A DNA stretch of 46,601 nt from assembly GCA_046540795.1 (NCBI GenBank), contig JBKHEN010000001.1:1-46601 (forward strand), read 5' to 3'. Below the pieces are notes generated by a model. The model was not told the DNA's origin. It saw nothing but the letters and a program-made list of their open reading frames with translations, and made no database searches. Below are positions 36,014-45,800 of the stretch, piece by piece. Positions within the stretch are counted from its first letter, which is position 1. Every line of letters starts with the position of its first letter. Source of the DNA: Spirochaetaceae bacterium. GTDB lineage: Bacteria; Spirochaetota; Spirochaetia; DSM-27196; PWMO01. Both the position numbers and the translations under genes were made by a program.

Positions 36014-36434
36014 TTTCCGGAAACTCGTAGGTCACCCGACCGTTGTCGTCGAGCTCCATCCGGACGCGCACGTTGTCCACGAGACTCTGGAGCAACTCCT
36101 CGGCGTCCTTTACGTCGAGCCCGAGGTCAATAACCGCATCCGAGACGGTTATCCGGCCCTTGTGCTTGGCGGCAAGCTGATACACCCGAGCCTCCAGGCT
36201 GCGGCCTCCCCGGTTCACACCGTAGATGTCGGTGAGCAGGTCCCCACCCTCAGGCCACCGGCCACCGAGGCCACGCCGGTCCTGCATATCCCAGTGACGG
36301 TACATGCTCGATCCGGCCCGGACCGCAACGGCTGCTACAAACAGCGGGAGGAGAAACAGGAACGGGAATCCAAACCAGAAAAACACCTCAATGCCTCCCA
36401 CCGGCCAATATAATGCAGAGCGGCCGGAAAACAA
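35985..36434 (-). CDS. Hypothetical membrane-anchored protein with a C-terminal winged-helix-like module
   Basis: 149 aa with an N-terminal TM helix (IEVFFWFGFPFLFLLPLFVAAVAV). The TTG start at 36434 has GGAG about 9 nt upstream; a GTG at 36401 is the alternative. The 3' end overlaps the glnE 3' end by 29 nt (convergent). Confidence 0.45.
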   Translation of the reverse strand: MFSGRSALYWPVGGIEVFFWFGFPFLFLLPLFVAAVAVRAGSSMYRHWDMQDRRGLGGRWPEGGDLLTDIYGVNRGGRSLEARVYQLAAKHKGRITVSDAVIDLGLDVKDAEELLQSLVDNVRVRMELDDNGRVTYEFPEIIDRYERDG

Positions 36435-36475
36435 AGGGGCTTTCTCCCCGCCCCCGTACGGCGGGCCGGCACCGC

Positions 36476-37834
36476 CTATCGGTCGGCCAGACGCGCGGCC
36501 GCCTCACGATAGCGGCGATACCGCTCCTCGTACCTCCGGTAGGCCGCCGCATCAGGCTCTATACGCTCGCGGAACTTGACGATACGCTCGCTCGCCTCGA
36601 AGAGGTCTGTGCACTCCCCGAGGCCGACGAGGCCGCAGGATGCATTGCCGATGAGCTCGGCATCCTCCACCTCGGGCACCAGGATCTCACAGCCACTCAT
36701 GTCGGCCTTCATGCGGTTCCATATCGGATTCTTTGCCTGGCCGCCGCAGACGCGCAGACTCTCCACCGCACAGCCTGTCTCCCGCAGCGTCTCCGTGGCC
36801 AGCCGCACGGCAAAACCGAGAGATTCCACGACCGCCCGGCCCAGCTCCGCCGCCCCGTGATGCGCGTTCAAACCGAGAAAGGCGCCGTCGGCGAAGCTCC
36901 ATCCGTACGTCGACCTCGCGGAGGGGAAGAACAAAGGTGTATCGTGGTCGGCCTGCTCGATTTCTTCGAGGACATGGATGTAGCCGAGATCCTTGCGGCC
37001 GGTCACGTTGCGGAACCATTCGAAGGCGCTGCCGGTGGACTCGAGGATGGCCGCCACATTGTAAAGCCCTTCCCGGACGTGGGGGAGCGTTCGCAAACGG
37101 GGGTCGACGACCGGCTCCGGCGAACAGAAGTTGATCCCCTCCGAAGTGCCGGCCCGGTCGCACGTGCGCCCCGGCGCAAGCGTGGCAGTTCCGACGAGGC
37201 TCATGAGGAAGTCCGATCCCCCGGCAACGACCGGCACCCCCACCCGCAAGCCGTAGCGCTCCGCCGCCTGCTGCGTGATCGAACCGATGCGTGTCCCGGT
37301 GTGAACGAACGGCGGGAAGCGTCCCGGGTCCAACCCGTAGGCGGCGATCGCCTCGGCGTCCCAGATGTAGGGAATGAACGCATCGTTCGGTGTGACCGTA
37401 ATCGTCTCCCCGGTGAGCAGAAAGTCGATGTACTCCGGCAAGGAGAGAAACCGGCGCGTGCGGTCGTACACCTCGGGGCGCTCATGCATCAGCCACGCCG
37501 CTTTGGGCAGGAAGAACGAGCGCTGCCCGGGAAGGGGCCGCTCGCAACTGTCGTTCCACAGAAGGACCGGCTCGAGGGCCCGTCCCTCGGCGTCCACCGG
37601 AACGAGCGTAGGGCCGTGGCCGCTTGCCACCACCGCATCCACCGTCTCGAGTTGGCCGACCTCGCGAAGCACGCGGACGATCGCCCCGTGGCGACGGTCT
37701 CCGTCCCAGAGCGAGGCCGATCGGGGATGGTCGAGTACCCGTTCCGTTGCGCTACTGCGCACCCTGCCCTCGGCATCGACGAGAGCGCCCTTGACGGTAG
37801 ACGTCCCGACGTCGATTGCCAGAACGAACGGCAT
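36476..37834 (-). CDS. FGGY-family carbohydrate kinase (substrate unknown)
   Basis: Starts at the ATG at 37834 (MPFVLAIDVGTSTVKGALVD). FGGY N- and C-terminal domain patterns are present (GHGPTLVPVD, GGSDF, CGGQAKNPIWNRMKAD). Confidence 0.8.
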   Translation of the reverse strand: MPFVLAIDVGTSTVKGALVDAEGRVRSSATERVLDHPRSASLWDGDRRHGAIVRVLREVGQLETVDAVVASGHGPTLVPVDAEGRALEPVLLWNDSCERPLPGQRSFFLPKAAWLMHERPEVYDRTRRFLSLPEYIDFLLTGETITVTPNDAFIPYIWDAEAIAAYGLDPGRFPPFVHTGTRIGSITQQAAERYGLRVGVPVVAGGSDFLMSLVGTATLAPGRTCDRAGTSEGINFCSPEPVVDPRLRTLPHVREGLYNVAAILESTGSAFEWFRNVTGRKDLGYIHVLEEIEQADHDTPLFFPSARSTYGWSFADGAFLGLNAHHGAAELGRAVVESLGFAVRLATETLRETGCAVESLRVCGGQAKNPIWNRMKADMSGCEILVPEVEDAELIGNASCGLVGLGECTDLFEASERIVKFRERIEPDAAAYRRYEERYRRYREAAARLADR

Positions 37835-37900
37835 ACTGCGCGACACCCCCTCCTCCGGGATTCGAATTGCGGCAAACCGTAGCACATCCCCATATACCGG

Positions 37901-37930
37901 TCAACATTCACCCCCTTCTACTGCTATGAT
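37901..37930 (+). promoter_or_regulatory. Candidate promoter TCAACA-N18-TATGAT, with the ATG 7 nt after the -10 element
   Basis: TCAACA at 37901-37906 and TATGAT at 37925-37930. The ATG is at 37937 with no SD in between. Confidence 0.3.
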
Positions 37931-37936
37931 CACGGC

Positions 37937-39046
37937 ATGTACACCCGCGTTACCGCCTTGTATCTTTTCGCGCTATGCAGTGCCTTCCTGCTCGCCCCCG
38001 CCGCCCCTGGGGGGGCCGCCGGCGGCCGGTCCGCCGACGATACCGATTTGCGGCTCATCGCCGTTTTTCTGCCCACACCTGCGGATGACTACGCCCTCGC
38101 CGAGCAGGTTGTCGCCGCGGCGGAGGCTGCCGCGGAAGAGCAGGACGAGCTCGAAGTACGAGTGCAGACCCTTCCTGCGGATTCGGAAGACCCCGACGCG
38201 CAAACCATGAGCGCCGCCGCATCGGACGAACGAGTAGAGGCGCTCGTTGTCCTCGGCGCTCCCCTGATTGCGGAGTCTGCGTCGGTCGCCCGCGCCCATC
38301 CGGATCTACCGGTGCTGCTCGTGGACGGCGCCACGGCGGAGCAGGCTGCCGATAGGGCCGGCGACGAACCCGCCGGCGAGGAGACGGCGACCGGGGATCT
38401 GTCCAACATGGTGAGCATACGCGTCAACCGTCGGGAGCAGGCCTTTCTCGCCGGCTACATCGCCGGGCTCAGGCTTCTCACGCTGCAACATGGAGCCGCC
38501 GTCGACCCGCCTGAAAAGGGCGGCTTGCTGCTCGAGGAAACCTTCCCGGAGATCACCACGGTCCTCGAGTCGGGCTACCGCCTCGGTCTCAAGGCGGCGG
38601 CAAGCGAGCACGAGATCGCATCCGCCACAATTCCCCGGGACGCCGACGCGGAGGAAGCCCGCGCAGCCGTGGGAGAGCTAGCCGAAGCCGATATCCCCGT
38701 AGTGCTCTCGGCCGTGTATGCTCGGCGCGCGGCGGTCTTACAGGCTGCCGAGGAGAATGAGCTCGAACTCCTCTGGCTCGACGATCGACGACCGGAGTCC
38801 GCCCGCGATCACACCCTGGCCGCCATTGCCGCGGACGTGGGGCCGAGCACCGCCGCCGCCCTCACAACAATCCTCGAAGAAGGCCCGGAGGCGGCGGAGT
38901 CCGTGGTCCTTGACTTCGCCTCCGGAGCGCTCACGTTGAACACGGATTTCGACCGCTTTGAAGATGTATTCGACGAGGAGGAGCGCCGGCGCATCGAACA
39001 CATGGCCGAGCGACTGCGTACGGGAGACCTGAAGCTACCCATGTGA
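37937..39046 (+). CDS. BMP-family (PnrA/Med-like) periplasmic binding protein homolog, very acidic, signal or lipoprotein-like N-terminus
   Basis: N-terminus MYTRVTALYLFALCSAFLLAP. The motif EQAFLAGYIAG resembles the BMP-family signature. The overall alpha/beta periodicity fits a periplasmic binding protein, but the sequence is divergent. Confidence 0.5.
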   Translation: MYTRVTALYLFALCSAFLLAPAAPGGAAGGRSADDTDLRLIAVFLPTPADDYALAEQVVAAAEAAAEEQDELEVRVQTLPADSEDPDAQTMSAAASDERVEALVVLGAPLIAESASVARAHPDLPVLLVDGATAEQAADRAGDEPAGEETATGDLSNMVSIRVNRREQAFLAGYIAGLRLLTLQHGAAVDPPEKGGLLLEETFPEITTVLESGYRLGLKAAASEHEIASATIPRDADAEEARAAVGELAEADIPVVLSAVYARRAAVLQAAEENELELLWLDDRRPESARDHTLAAIAADVGPSTAAALTTILEEGPEAAESVVLDFASGALTLNTDFDRFEDVFDEEERRRIEHMAERLRTGDLKLPM

Positions 39047-39115
39047 GGTATCCCATGTGAGATATCCCAGGTGACGTATGCAAGAGCTTGTTGAAGCGGC
39101 ACCTGCCACAAGCTG

Positions 39116-40507
39116 CTACATACCGTCGTGCGGGGCAGGGTCCGGCGCGAGCTCCACCGCAGAGCCCACGAGATCCCGAACCGCCTCCGACAGGCGCCTC
39201 TGCCGCGTTTCCAACCGCTCGCGGAGCTCCACGGCGCGGCGACGGGGAGCCTCGAGGTTGAGGTTGCCGGGGCTGCCCACGGCGTTTCGCCGCCCGAGAG
39301 CCTCCTGCGGATCGGGCGCCGTCACCAGCTCGGGATTGCCCCCGATCCGGCGGTAGGCCTCCCGGAAGGGAACGCCCTCGGCCACGAGATCCAGGGCGGC
39401 GTCGGTGGCGTATACCTCGGTGGGGATGGCCCGCCGCATGACCTCGCGGTGCACCTCGAGGCCCGATACGACTGCATCGGTAGCCTCTATACACGCCCGG
39501 GCGGTATCGAGCCCCCGCATGAACGGACCTTTCGTCTCCTGTACGTCCCGGTTATATCCGGCCGGAAGCGCGCGAACGACGTTTCTCACCTGATCGGCGA
39601 CGCCCGAGAGCGCGGCGGTCTTTCCCCGCACGAGCTCGAGGACGTCGGGGTTCTTCTTCTGAGGCATGATGCTCGAGCCGGTGCACAGCGATTCCGGCAG
39701 GCTCACGTAGCCGATCTCCGGAAGGGAGAAAAAGATGAGGTCGGCGGCCGCCCGCCCGAGGGTCAGTCCCACCTGCGACAGCGCGTCGAGGACCACCGAC
39801 TCCATCTTTCCCCGGGAAGAGACGGCATAGAGCACGTTGTTGTGCACCCGGGAGAAGCCGAGAAGCCGGGAGGTGAGCTCCCGGTCCAGAGGAAGCGGCA
39901 CGCCGTAACTTGCCGCCGCACCGAGGGGGCACTGATCGAGAAGGTCATAGGCGGCCTCGAGACGGCCGAGGTCGTCGATGAGCTCCTCCGCCACGGCGCC
40001 GAGCCACAGACCGAAGGTGGAGAGCATGGCCGGCTGCATGTGGGTGCGGCCGTTCATCACCGTGCGATCCTCTTCCGCGGCGCGGCCGAGCAGCGTCTCC
40101 ACCAGGTCCAGGGCCGTCTCGGCGACACGGTCGAGGGCGCGCCGCCCGTAGAGGCGCAGAGCGACGGCGACCTGGTCGTTTCGCGAGCGGCCGGTGTGGA
40201 CCTTCTTGCCCACCTCACCGAGCTCCGCCACCAGACGGTTCTCCACGGCGGTGTGGCCGTCCTCGTCCCCGGCGGACACGGTGAACCCGCCGGCGGCGTG
40301 GTCGGCTATGACCGAGCGAAGGGCCGCCTCGAGGCGGCCCCCCTCGTTCTCGTTTAGGATCTCCGCGGCCCGAAGGCCCCGGACGTGGGCGATGCCGGCC
40401 ACGCAGTCGGCCGGCACGAGACGCCGGTCGAGGATGTAGTCCTCGCCGACGGTAAAGCGGGCTATGCGCTCGTCGAGTGCCGCTCCCTTGTCCCAGAGCC
40501 GTGCCAC
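39116..40507 (-). CDS. argH: Argininosuccinate lyase
   Basis: MARLWDKG..., GRTHMQPAM, and the fumarate-lyase signature GSSIMPQKKNPD. Confidence 0.95.
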   Translation of the reverse strand: MARLWDKGAALDERIARFTVGEDYILDRRLVPADCVAGIAHVRGLRAAEILNENEGGRLEAALRSVIADHAAGGFTVSAGDEDGHTAVENRLVAELGEVGKKVHTGRSRNDQVAVALRLYGRRALDRVAETALDLVETLLGRAAEEDRTVMNGRTHMQPAMLSTFGLWLGAVAEELIDDLGRLEAAYDLLDQCPLGAAASYGVPLPLDRELTSRLLGFSRVHNNVLYAVSSRGKMESVVLDALSQVGLTLGRAAADLIFFSLPEIGYVSLPESLCTGSSIMPQKKNPDVLELVRGKTAALSGVADQVRNVVRALPAGYNRDVQETKGPFMRGLDTARACIEATDAVVSGLEVHREVMRRAIPTEVYATDAALDLVAEGVPFREAYRRIGGNPELVTAPDPQEALGRRNAVGSPGNLNLEAPRRRAVELRERLETRQRRLSEAVRDLVGSAVELAPDPAPHDGM

Positions 40508-40517
40508 GGAACCTCCC

Positions 40518-43109
40518 TTATACCGCCGCCGGCTCGGCGGTGTGCATGGCGAGCTCCTCGCCGTCCCGGGAGACGACGATATGATCGCCTTCCTTCACCT
40601 CGCCGGCGAGAATCTTCTTCGACAGCGGATTCTGAAGCATCGTCTGAATGGTGCGCTTCAGCGGCCGCGCGCCGAAGGCCGGATCGAAGCCCCGGTCCGC
40701 GAGAAGCTGCTTGGCCTCCGCATCGAGCTCGATCGTGATCTTGCGCTCGGCAAGCCGATCGGCCACGTCGCGCATCTCGATATCGACGATCCGCAGGATC
40801 TCATCGCGGCCGAGCCGGTTGAAGGTGATGATCTCATCGAGGCGATTGAGAAACTCCGGCTTGAAGGTGGAGTGGAGAAGCTCATTCAGCCGATCCCGAA
40901 CCTCCGAGACATCGTCCACCTGCAGGATGAGATCGCTTGCGATGTTGCTCGTCATGATGATGATGGTGTTGCGGAAATCCACTACACGGCCCTGTCCGTC
41001 GGTAAGGCGTCCTTCGTCGAGCAGCTGCAACAGCACGTTGAATACGTCGGGATGCGCCTTTTCCACCTCGTCGAAGAGGATCACCGAGTAGGGCCTGCGG
41101 CGCACGACCTCGGTGAGCTGCCCGCCCTGCTCGTAGCCGACGTAGCCGGGCGGCGCCCCGATGAGCCGGGAGACGGAGAACTTCTCCATGTATTCGCTCA
41201 TGTCGATGCGGGTGAGCGCCCGCTCGTCGTCAAAGAGAAAATCCGCGAGCGTCTTGGCAAGCTCCGTCTTTCCCACACCCGTGGGCCCGATGAACATGAA
41301 CGTGCCCGTGGGGCGATTAATGTCCGAAAGCCCGCTCTTGTTGCGGCGGATGGCGTCGGCCACCGCGGTAATCGCGTGGTTCTGCCCGACGACCCGTTCC
41401 TCGAGAATGGACTCCAGGCGCAGGAGTTTCTGCATGTCGGAGGCGAGCATTTTACTTACCGGAATGCCGGTCCACGCGGAGACCACGTTGGCGATGTCCT
41501 CCTCGGAGACTTCCTCCCGCAGGAGCGTCTGCTCCCCTTTGAGCTTGTCGAGCTCCTCACTCGCCGAAGCGAGCTCGCGCTCGGTCTGAGGAATGAGCCC
41601 GTGCTTGATCTCCGCCGCCTTGGCAAGGTTGCCCTCGCGCTCGTAGCGCTTCTCATCGGCGGCGTAGCTCTCCAGCTGCGCCTTCAGGTCCCGGATGCGC
41701 TCGATGATCTGCTTCTCGTTCTGCCACTGTGCGTGCTTGGCGTCGCGATCGGCCTGCAGATCGGCAAGCTCCTTCTCGAGCTTCTGCAACCGGTCCCGCG
41801 AGGCTTCGTCGCTCTCCTTGCCGAGCGCCTGCTTCTCGATGTTGAGCTGCAGGATCCGGCGGTCGAGCTTGTCGAGCTCCGTCGGCTGGCTCTCGATCTC
41901 CATCTTGAGCCGGCTCGCCGCCTCGTCGACGAGGTCGATGGCCTTGTCGGGCAGGAAGCGCGAGGTGATGTAGCGGTCAGAGAGCATCGCCGCGGCGATC
42001 AGCGCCTCATCCTTGATGCGCACGCCGTGGTGCACCTCATAGCGCTCCTTCAGCCCGCGTAAGATTGCGACGGTGCTCTCCACGCTCGGCTCGTCGGTGA
42101 AGACCGTCTGGAAGCGCCGCTCGAGGGCCGCGTCCTTTTCCACGTGATTGCGGTACTCGTCGAGGGTGGTCGCACCGATGGTGCGGAGCTCTCCCCGCGC
42201 GAGGGCGGGTTTGAGCAGATTGGAAGCATCCATCGACCCTTCGGCGCTTCCCGCGCCCACGAGCGTATGCAACTCGTCTATAAACAGGATAATCTCCCCG
42301 TCGGACTGGGAAATCTCGTGAATGACCGCCTTCAGGCGCTCCTCGAACTCTCCCCGGTACTTCGTGCCCGCCACGAGCTGTCCGAGATCGAGCTGCAGGA
42401 TGCGCTTGTTCTTCAGCGAATCCGGTACGTCGCCCGAGACCATACGCTGCGCAAGCCCTTCGACGATGGCCGTCTTGCCGACGCCGGGATCGCCGATCAG
42501 CACCGGGTTGTTCTTGGTGCGCCGGGAGATGACCTGCATGAGCCTGCGGATTTCCTCATCACGCCCGATGACCGGGTCGAGCTTGTCCCGGCGGGCCTCT
42601 CCGGTGACGTCCCGGCAGTATTTGTCGAGCACCTGGTAGCGGCTCTCGGGGTTCTGGTCGGTCACCCGCTGGTTGCCGCGAATGGACTGCAGGGCGCGGA
42701 GCACCTCGTCCTTGGTCAGCCCCTTTTCCTTGAGAAACCGGCCGAGCTCGGTATCCTCGAGGAGCATGGCCAACAGGATGTGCTCGGTAGAGGTGTACTC
42801 GTCCTTGAGCTCCGATGCTTCCTTTTCCGCCCGGGTAAGCACCCGACCGGCCGCCTTGGAGAGATGCATCTGCTGCGCGTCCCCATAGACCTTGGGCCGT
42901 GCGGACAGCATGGTCTTGAGCCCGTTCTCGATTTCGCCGGGCGAAACGCCGAGCCGATTCAAAAGGGGCGGTACCACCCCGTCGTCCTGGCGAACCATTG
43001 CCAGAAGGAGATGCTCCGGTTCCAGAGCGGAATGGTCGTATTCGTGTACCAGGCTCGTGGCGTCCTGAATGACCGCCTGAGCCTTGACGGTGAATTTGTC
43101 GTAGTTCAT
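40518..43109 (-). CDS. clpB: ATP-dependent chaperone ClpB
   Basis: 863 aa with a Clp N-domain, two AAA+ modules (GDPGVGKT and GPTGVGKT) and a long middle coiled-coil. Confidence 0.95.
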   Translation of the reverse strand: MNYDKFTVKAQAVIQDATSLVHEYDHSALEPEHLLLAMVRQDDGVVPPLLNRLGVSPGEIENGLKTMLSARPKVYGDAQQMHLSKAAGRVLTRAEKEASELKDEYTSTEHILLAMLLEDTELGRFLKEKGLTKDEVLRALQSIRGNQRVTDQNPESRYQVLDKYCRDVTGEARRDKLDPVIGRDEEIRRLMQVISRRTKNNPVLIGDPGVGKTAIVEGLAQRMVSGDVPDSLKNKRILQLDLGQLVAGTKYRGEFEERLKAVIHEISQSDGEIILFIDELHTLVGAGSAEGSMDASNLLKPALARGELRTIGATTLDEYRNHVEKDAALERRFQTVFTDEPSVESTVAILRGLKERYEVHHGVRIKDEALIAAAMLSDRYITSRFLPDKAIDLVDEAASRLKMEIESQPTELDKLDRRILQLNIEKQALGKESDEASRDRLQKLEKELADLQADRDAKHAQWQNEKQIIERIRDLKAQLESYAADEKRYEREGNLAKAAEIKHGLIPQTERELASASEELDKLKGEQTLLREEVSEEDIANVVSAWTGIPVSKMLASDMQKLLRLESILEERVVGQNHAITAVADAIRRNKSGLSDINRPTGTFMFIGPTGVGKTELAKTLADFLFDDERALTRIDMSEYMEKFSVSRLIGAPPGYVGYEQGGQLTEVVRRRPYSVILFDEVEKAHPDVFNVLLQLLDEGRLTDGQGRVVDFRNTIIIMTSNIASDLILQVDDVSEVRDRLNELLHSTFKPEFLNRLDEIITFNRLGRDEILRIVDIEMRDVADRLAERKITIELDAEAKQLLADRGFDPAFGARPLKRTIQTMLQNPLSKKILAGEVKEGDHIVVSRDGEELAMHTAEPAAV

Positions 43110-43428
43110 CTATAACCCTCCGATACGTATGTAACCTGGAGGAATGGGTGTGTGCTCACGAACAAATATATCTTGTCGGGGCCTTTGCGGCAAACCCGTC
43201 CGCCGGCGGCGGGGCAACGGCGCGGACCCGCCGATGGGATCGTGGGCCGGGCAGGGAACGGTCGGCGGCCGCCGGAGCCGGGCCGAGACAGCGATACCGC
43301 GCAGCGCAAGCCGCATACGGGGCTGGGTCTGGGCTCGTGCCGGATCTCGGTCTGGGCTCGAGCTGGGGCGTGCCGCCGTCCTGCGCAGCCTCGGCCCGCC
43401 CCGTTCTGTGTTGTCCCCTAGGGTCCGC

Positions 43429-44235
43429 TCACCGCGGAGGGGTCAGGCCGATTCGGATCTTTACCGGATAGCCTTCCCGTTCGAGCTCCGCAAGGCACTC
43501 GAGCCAGCCGTCGGCAGCTTCCGCGCTCACCGAGCTGTCCATCCGGTCGAGATTCTGCTGGTGGCTACGGCCCATAGTCTCGGCGAGCGCTTTGGCTTCC
43601 GCGAACTTTCCCTGGGCCATGAGCTCCTGCATCTTCTGCGCCATTTCCTCGTGGTCCGTGTCCCGATCGTCGTGGATGACCACCGGGTCGAGCTCCCTCT
43701 GATAGCGTTCGTAGACCACCCGGTCCATGGAAACCACCCTACCCCGCTCGTCGGTTTCACCGGTACGGGGAAAGTACCAGTAGCGAAGTCCTCCGTAGGT
43801 TTCCTCGGCCCGATCATACGCCCGTTTGTCCATGTGGCCGGTCTGCATGAGGTTCTCCAAGTGGCCGAAGACCTTGTTTACCGGGCTCGACCTCATTGCA
43901 CGCATCTCGTCTACGTAAACTCCGTCGTCGGAGGTTTCATAGTGGGTGACCGGAAGGTACCTGAAGAACGCGCTCCGCCCGGTAGTACGGTTCCGATCCG
44001 CAGCCCCCTGCCTGTCGGCGGCGCCGTGCTCGGCGGTGTAGAAGGCTACGACCTTCTCGAACGGGCCTTTGCTCAGAAACTCTCCGGGGTCGGCCGTTCC
44101 GGCGGACACACACCCGGGAAAGACCGGCGCGAGTAGCTCACGGTCTTCGGCGGCGAGCCCGACCGCGGTGAGAAACAGCACCGCCCCCATCAGGACAAGC
44201 CGCGAACAGTTTCCACCTGCGGCGGAAATTCTCAT
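43429..44235 (-). CDS. Hypothetical secreted protein
   Basis: Starts at the ATG at 44235 with GGAGGTG upstream. Signal-like LVLMGAVLFLTAVGLAAE. The ORF-track upstream 206 aa are Arg-rich and overlap the divergent gene. I recognise no family. Confidence 0.5.
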   Translation of the reverse strand: MRISAAGGNCSRLVLMGAVLFLTAVGLAAEDRELLAPVFPGCVSAGTADPGEFLSKGPFEKVVAFYTAEHGAADRQGAADRNRTTGRSAFFRYLPVTHYETSDDGVYVDEMRAMRSSPVNKVFGHLENLMQTGHMDKRAYDRAEETYGGLRYWYFPRTGETDERGRVVSMDRVVYERYQRELDPVVIHDDRDTDHEEMAQKMQELMAQGKFAEAKALAETMGRSHQQNLDRMDSSVSAEAADGWLECLAELEREGYPVKIRIGLTPPR

Positions 44236-44409
44236 CTTCTCACCTCCGCTCGTCCGAGGCGTGCCCCGGGTGCAGCGCACACGGAAGCCAATCGAAGGTC
44301 GTTCTCGGGCGTTTTGTTGAATGCTACGCCGACCCACGTGTGGTGTCAAACGCTTTTTTCCGGTTGATCGCCCGGGCCGGCACGCGTAGTATGAGGCCGG
44401 AGGAAAGAC

Positions 44410-44718
44410 ATGAGCGAAGAACTGCCCAAGGAACTCGATAACAAGGTCATCATTATGAACGGCTTTTCGCAGGAGGAGATCGTCTCCATCATGCGGGCCG
44501 TTCGCCGCCTGTTCGACAATCCGCGGGATCTCATATTTGCCAAGACCACCCCGAAGTCGGTCAACATGGTGCTCAAGGATCTCATCGTCGACATGTCCGA
44601 GGACCACGAATACCTGAAGAACAACCCGCCGGAGCAGGTGCAGCGCCGCCGGCAGGAACAGGATACGCGGCAAGCAGACAATTCCGAGCCGAACGGCACA
44701 AAGGAGGACGACTCGTGA
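44410..44718 (+). CDS. DUF3783-like small protein
   Basis: 102 aa. The pattern VIIMNGFSQEEIVSIMRAVRRLF..DLIFAKTTPKS fits DUF3783 as I recall it. GGAGGAAAG lies upstream. Confidence 0.5.
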   Translation: MSEELPKELDNKVIIMNGFSQEEIVSIMRAVRRLFDNPRDLIFAKTTPKSVNMVLKDLIVDMSEDHEYLKNNPPEQVQRRRQEQDTRQADNSEPNGTKEDDS

Positions 44719-45800
44719 GGCCTCGCCAAGCCCTCTCCGCGATCGCGGAATACGTCCCCGGCATGAAGAAGAAGGACGCCGTGAAGCTCTCCTCAAACGA
44801 GAATCCCTTCGGCCCCTCGCCCATGGCCTTGTCCGCCATCGAGAAGTGGGCACCGTCGGTGAACGTGTACCCCGACTCCGAAGCCGGTGAACTCAAAGCA
44901 GCGCTTGCCGGGCACCTCGGCGTGGCGCCGGAGAGACTGATAGTAGGAAACGGCTCGGACGAGGTTCTTTTCATTGCAGCCGCCACGTTTTTGAATCCCG
45001 CAGAGCGGGCGGTCATTCCCGAGCACACCTTCAGCCAGTACGAGTTTGCCACGCGGCTCTACGACGGCCGGCCGGCCTTTGCTCCCATGCGTGAGGGGCA
45101 AATACAGCTTTCGGCGATGGGCGAGCTCATTGACGGCAACACCCGGCTCGTGTTCGTTTGCAACCCGAACAACCCGACCGGTACGTATCTCTCCGAGGCC
45201 GAGCTCTTCGCCTTCGCCGAAACGGTACCCGAGGACGTGCTCCTCGTCATAGACGAGGCCTACCGCGAGTTCGCCGATGCGGACGATTTCCCCGACTCCC
45301 TGCGCCTTGCGAAAGAGCGGGACAACGTGCTCGTCCTTCGTACCTTCTCAAAGCTCTACGGGCTTGCCTCGCTTCGAATCGGTTATGGGGTTGGCTCAGA
45401 GAGCCTGATACGCACCATGCACACGGCGAAGCCACCGTTCAATACCGGCATTCTCCCGCAGAAGGCAGCGACCGCCGCCCTCTCGGACACGGAGTTCGTC
45501 CGCCGCACCCTCGAGAACAACCGCGAACAGCGCGAGGTTCTGCGGATAGAGCTTGATCAACTCGGCATGCCCCAGTATCCCTCCGAGGCCAACTTCATCT
45601 GCACCGACTGCGGACGAGACGCCGCGGCGTTCGCCGCCGACCTCGGCGAGGAAGGCGTCTCGGTGCGACCGCTCGGATCCTTCGGCATGCCCACATGGCT
45701 GCGCATTACCGTGGGAACCCCGGAGCAGAACCGGCTGCTGGTGGAGGCCCTCGTCAGGGTGCGCGAGAGGGACGCTCGAGAGGGGGTGGCGCGGTCGTGA
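44715..45800 (+). CDS. hisC: Histidinol-phosphate aminotransferase
   Basis: Motifs KLSSNENPFGP and RTFSKLYGLASLRIGY (PLP lysine). The GTG start overlaps the upstream stop (GTGA). Confidence 0.9.
   Translation: MRPRQALSAIAEYVPGMKKKDAVKLSSNENPFGPSPMALSAIEKWAPSVNVYPDSEAGELKAALAGHLGVAPERLIVGNGSDEVLFIAAATFLNPAERAVIPEHTFSQYEFATRLYDGRPAFAPMREGQIQLSAMGELIDGNTRLVFVCNPNNPTGTYLSEAELFAFAETVPEDVLLVIDEAYREFADADDFPDSLRLAKERDNVLVLRTFSKLYGLASLRIGYGVGSESLIRTMHTAKPPFNTGILPQKAATAALSDTEFVRRTLENNREQREVLRIELDQLGMPQYPSEANFICTDCGRDAAAFAADLGEEGVSVRPLGSFGMPTWLRITVGTPEQNRLLVEALVRVRERDAREGVARS

Noticed and set aside
43110-43200. A heat-shock operator (CIRCE, TTAGCACTC-N9-GAGTGCTAA) or a sigma-32 promoter upstream of clpB.
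   Set aside because: Only a partial CCCATT box is present (minus strand, acacccattc), with no CTTGAA-like -35 at the right distance. There is no CIRCE-like inverted repeat.
2162-44136. Many long ORFs antisense to or overlapping the called genes: 2162-3616(+), 7600-8502(-), 8858-9961(+), 12306-13568(-), 13801-14577(-), 14646-15599(-), 20074-20799(-), 22181-22954(+), 24608-25723(+), 27193-27876(-), 30578-31270(-), 32144-33472(-), 34808-35818(-), 36413-37882(+), 39128-40357(+), 40464-42062(+), 42144-43115(+) and 43144-44136(+).
   Set aside because: Each lies opposite a gene with strong family-level identity (rny, AOS, VOC, rpsB, tsf, dnaB, ssb, pyk, amt, glnE, FGGY, argH, clpB and so on). Their translations are Arg/Gly/Pro/His-rich with no motif I recognise. 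Stop-poor antisense frames are expected in GC-rich DNA. I cannot exclude a short genuine antisense gene without expression data.
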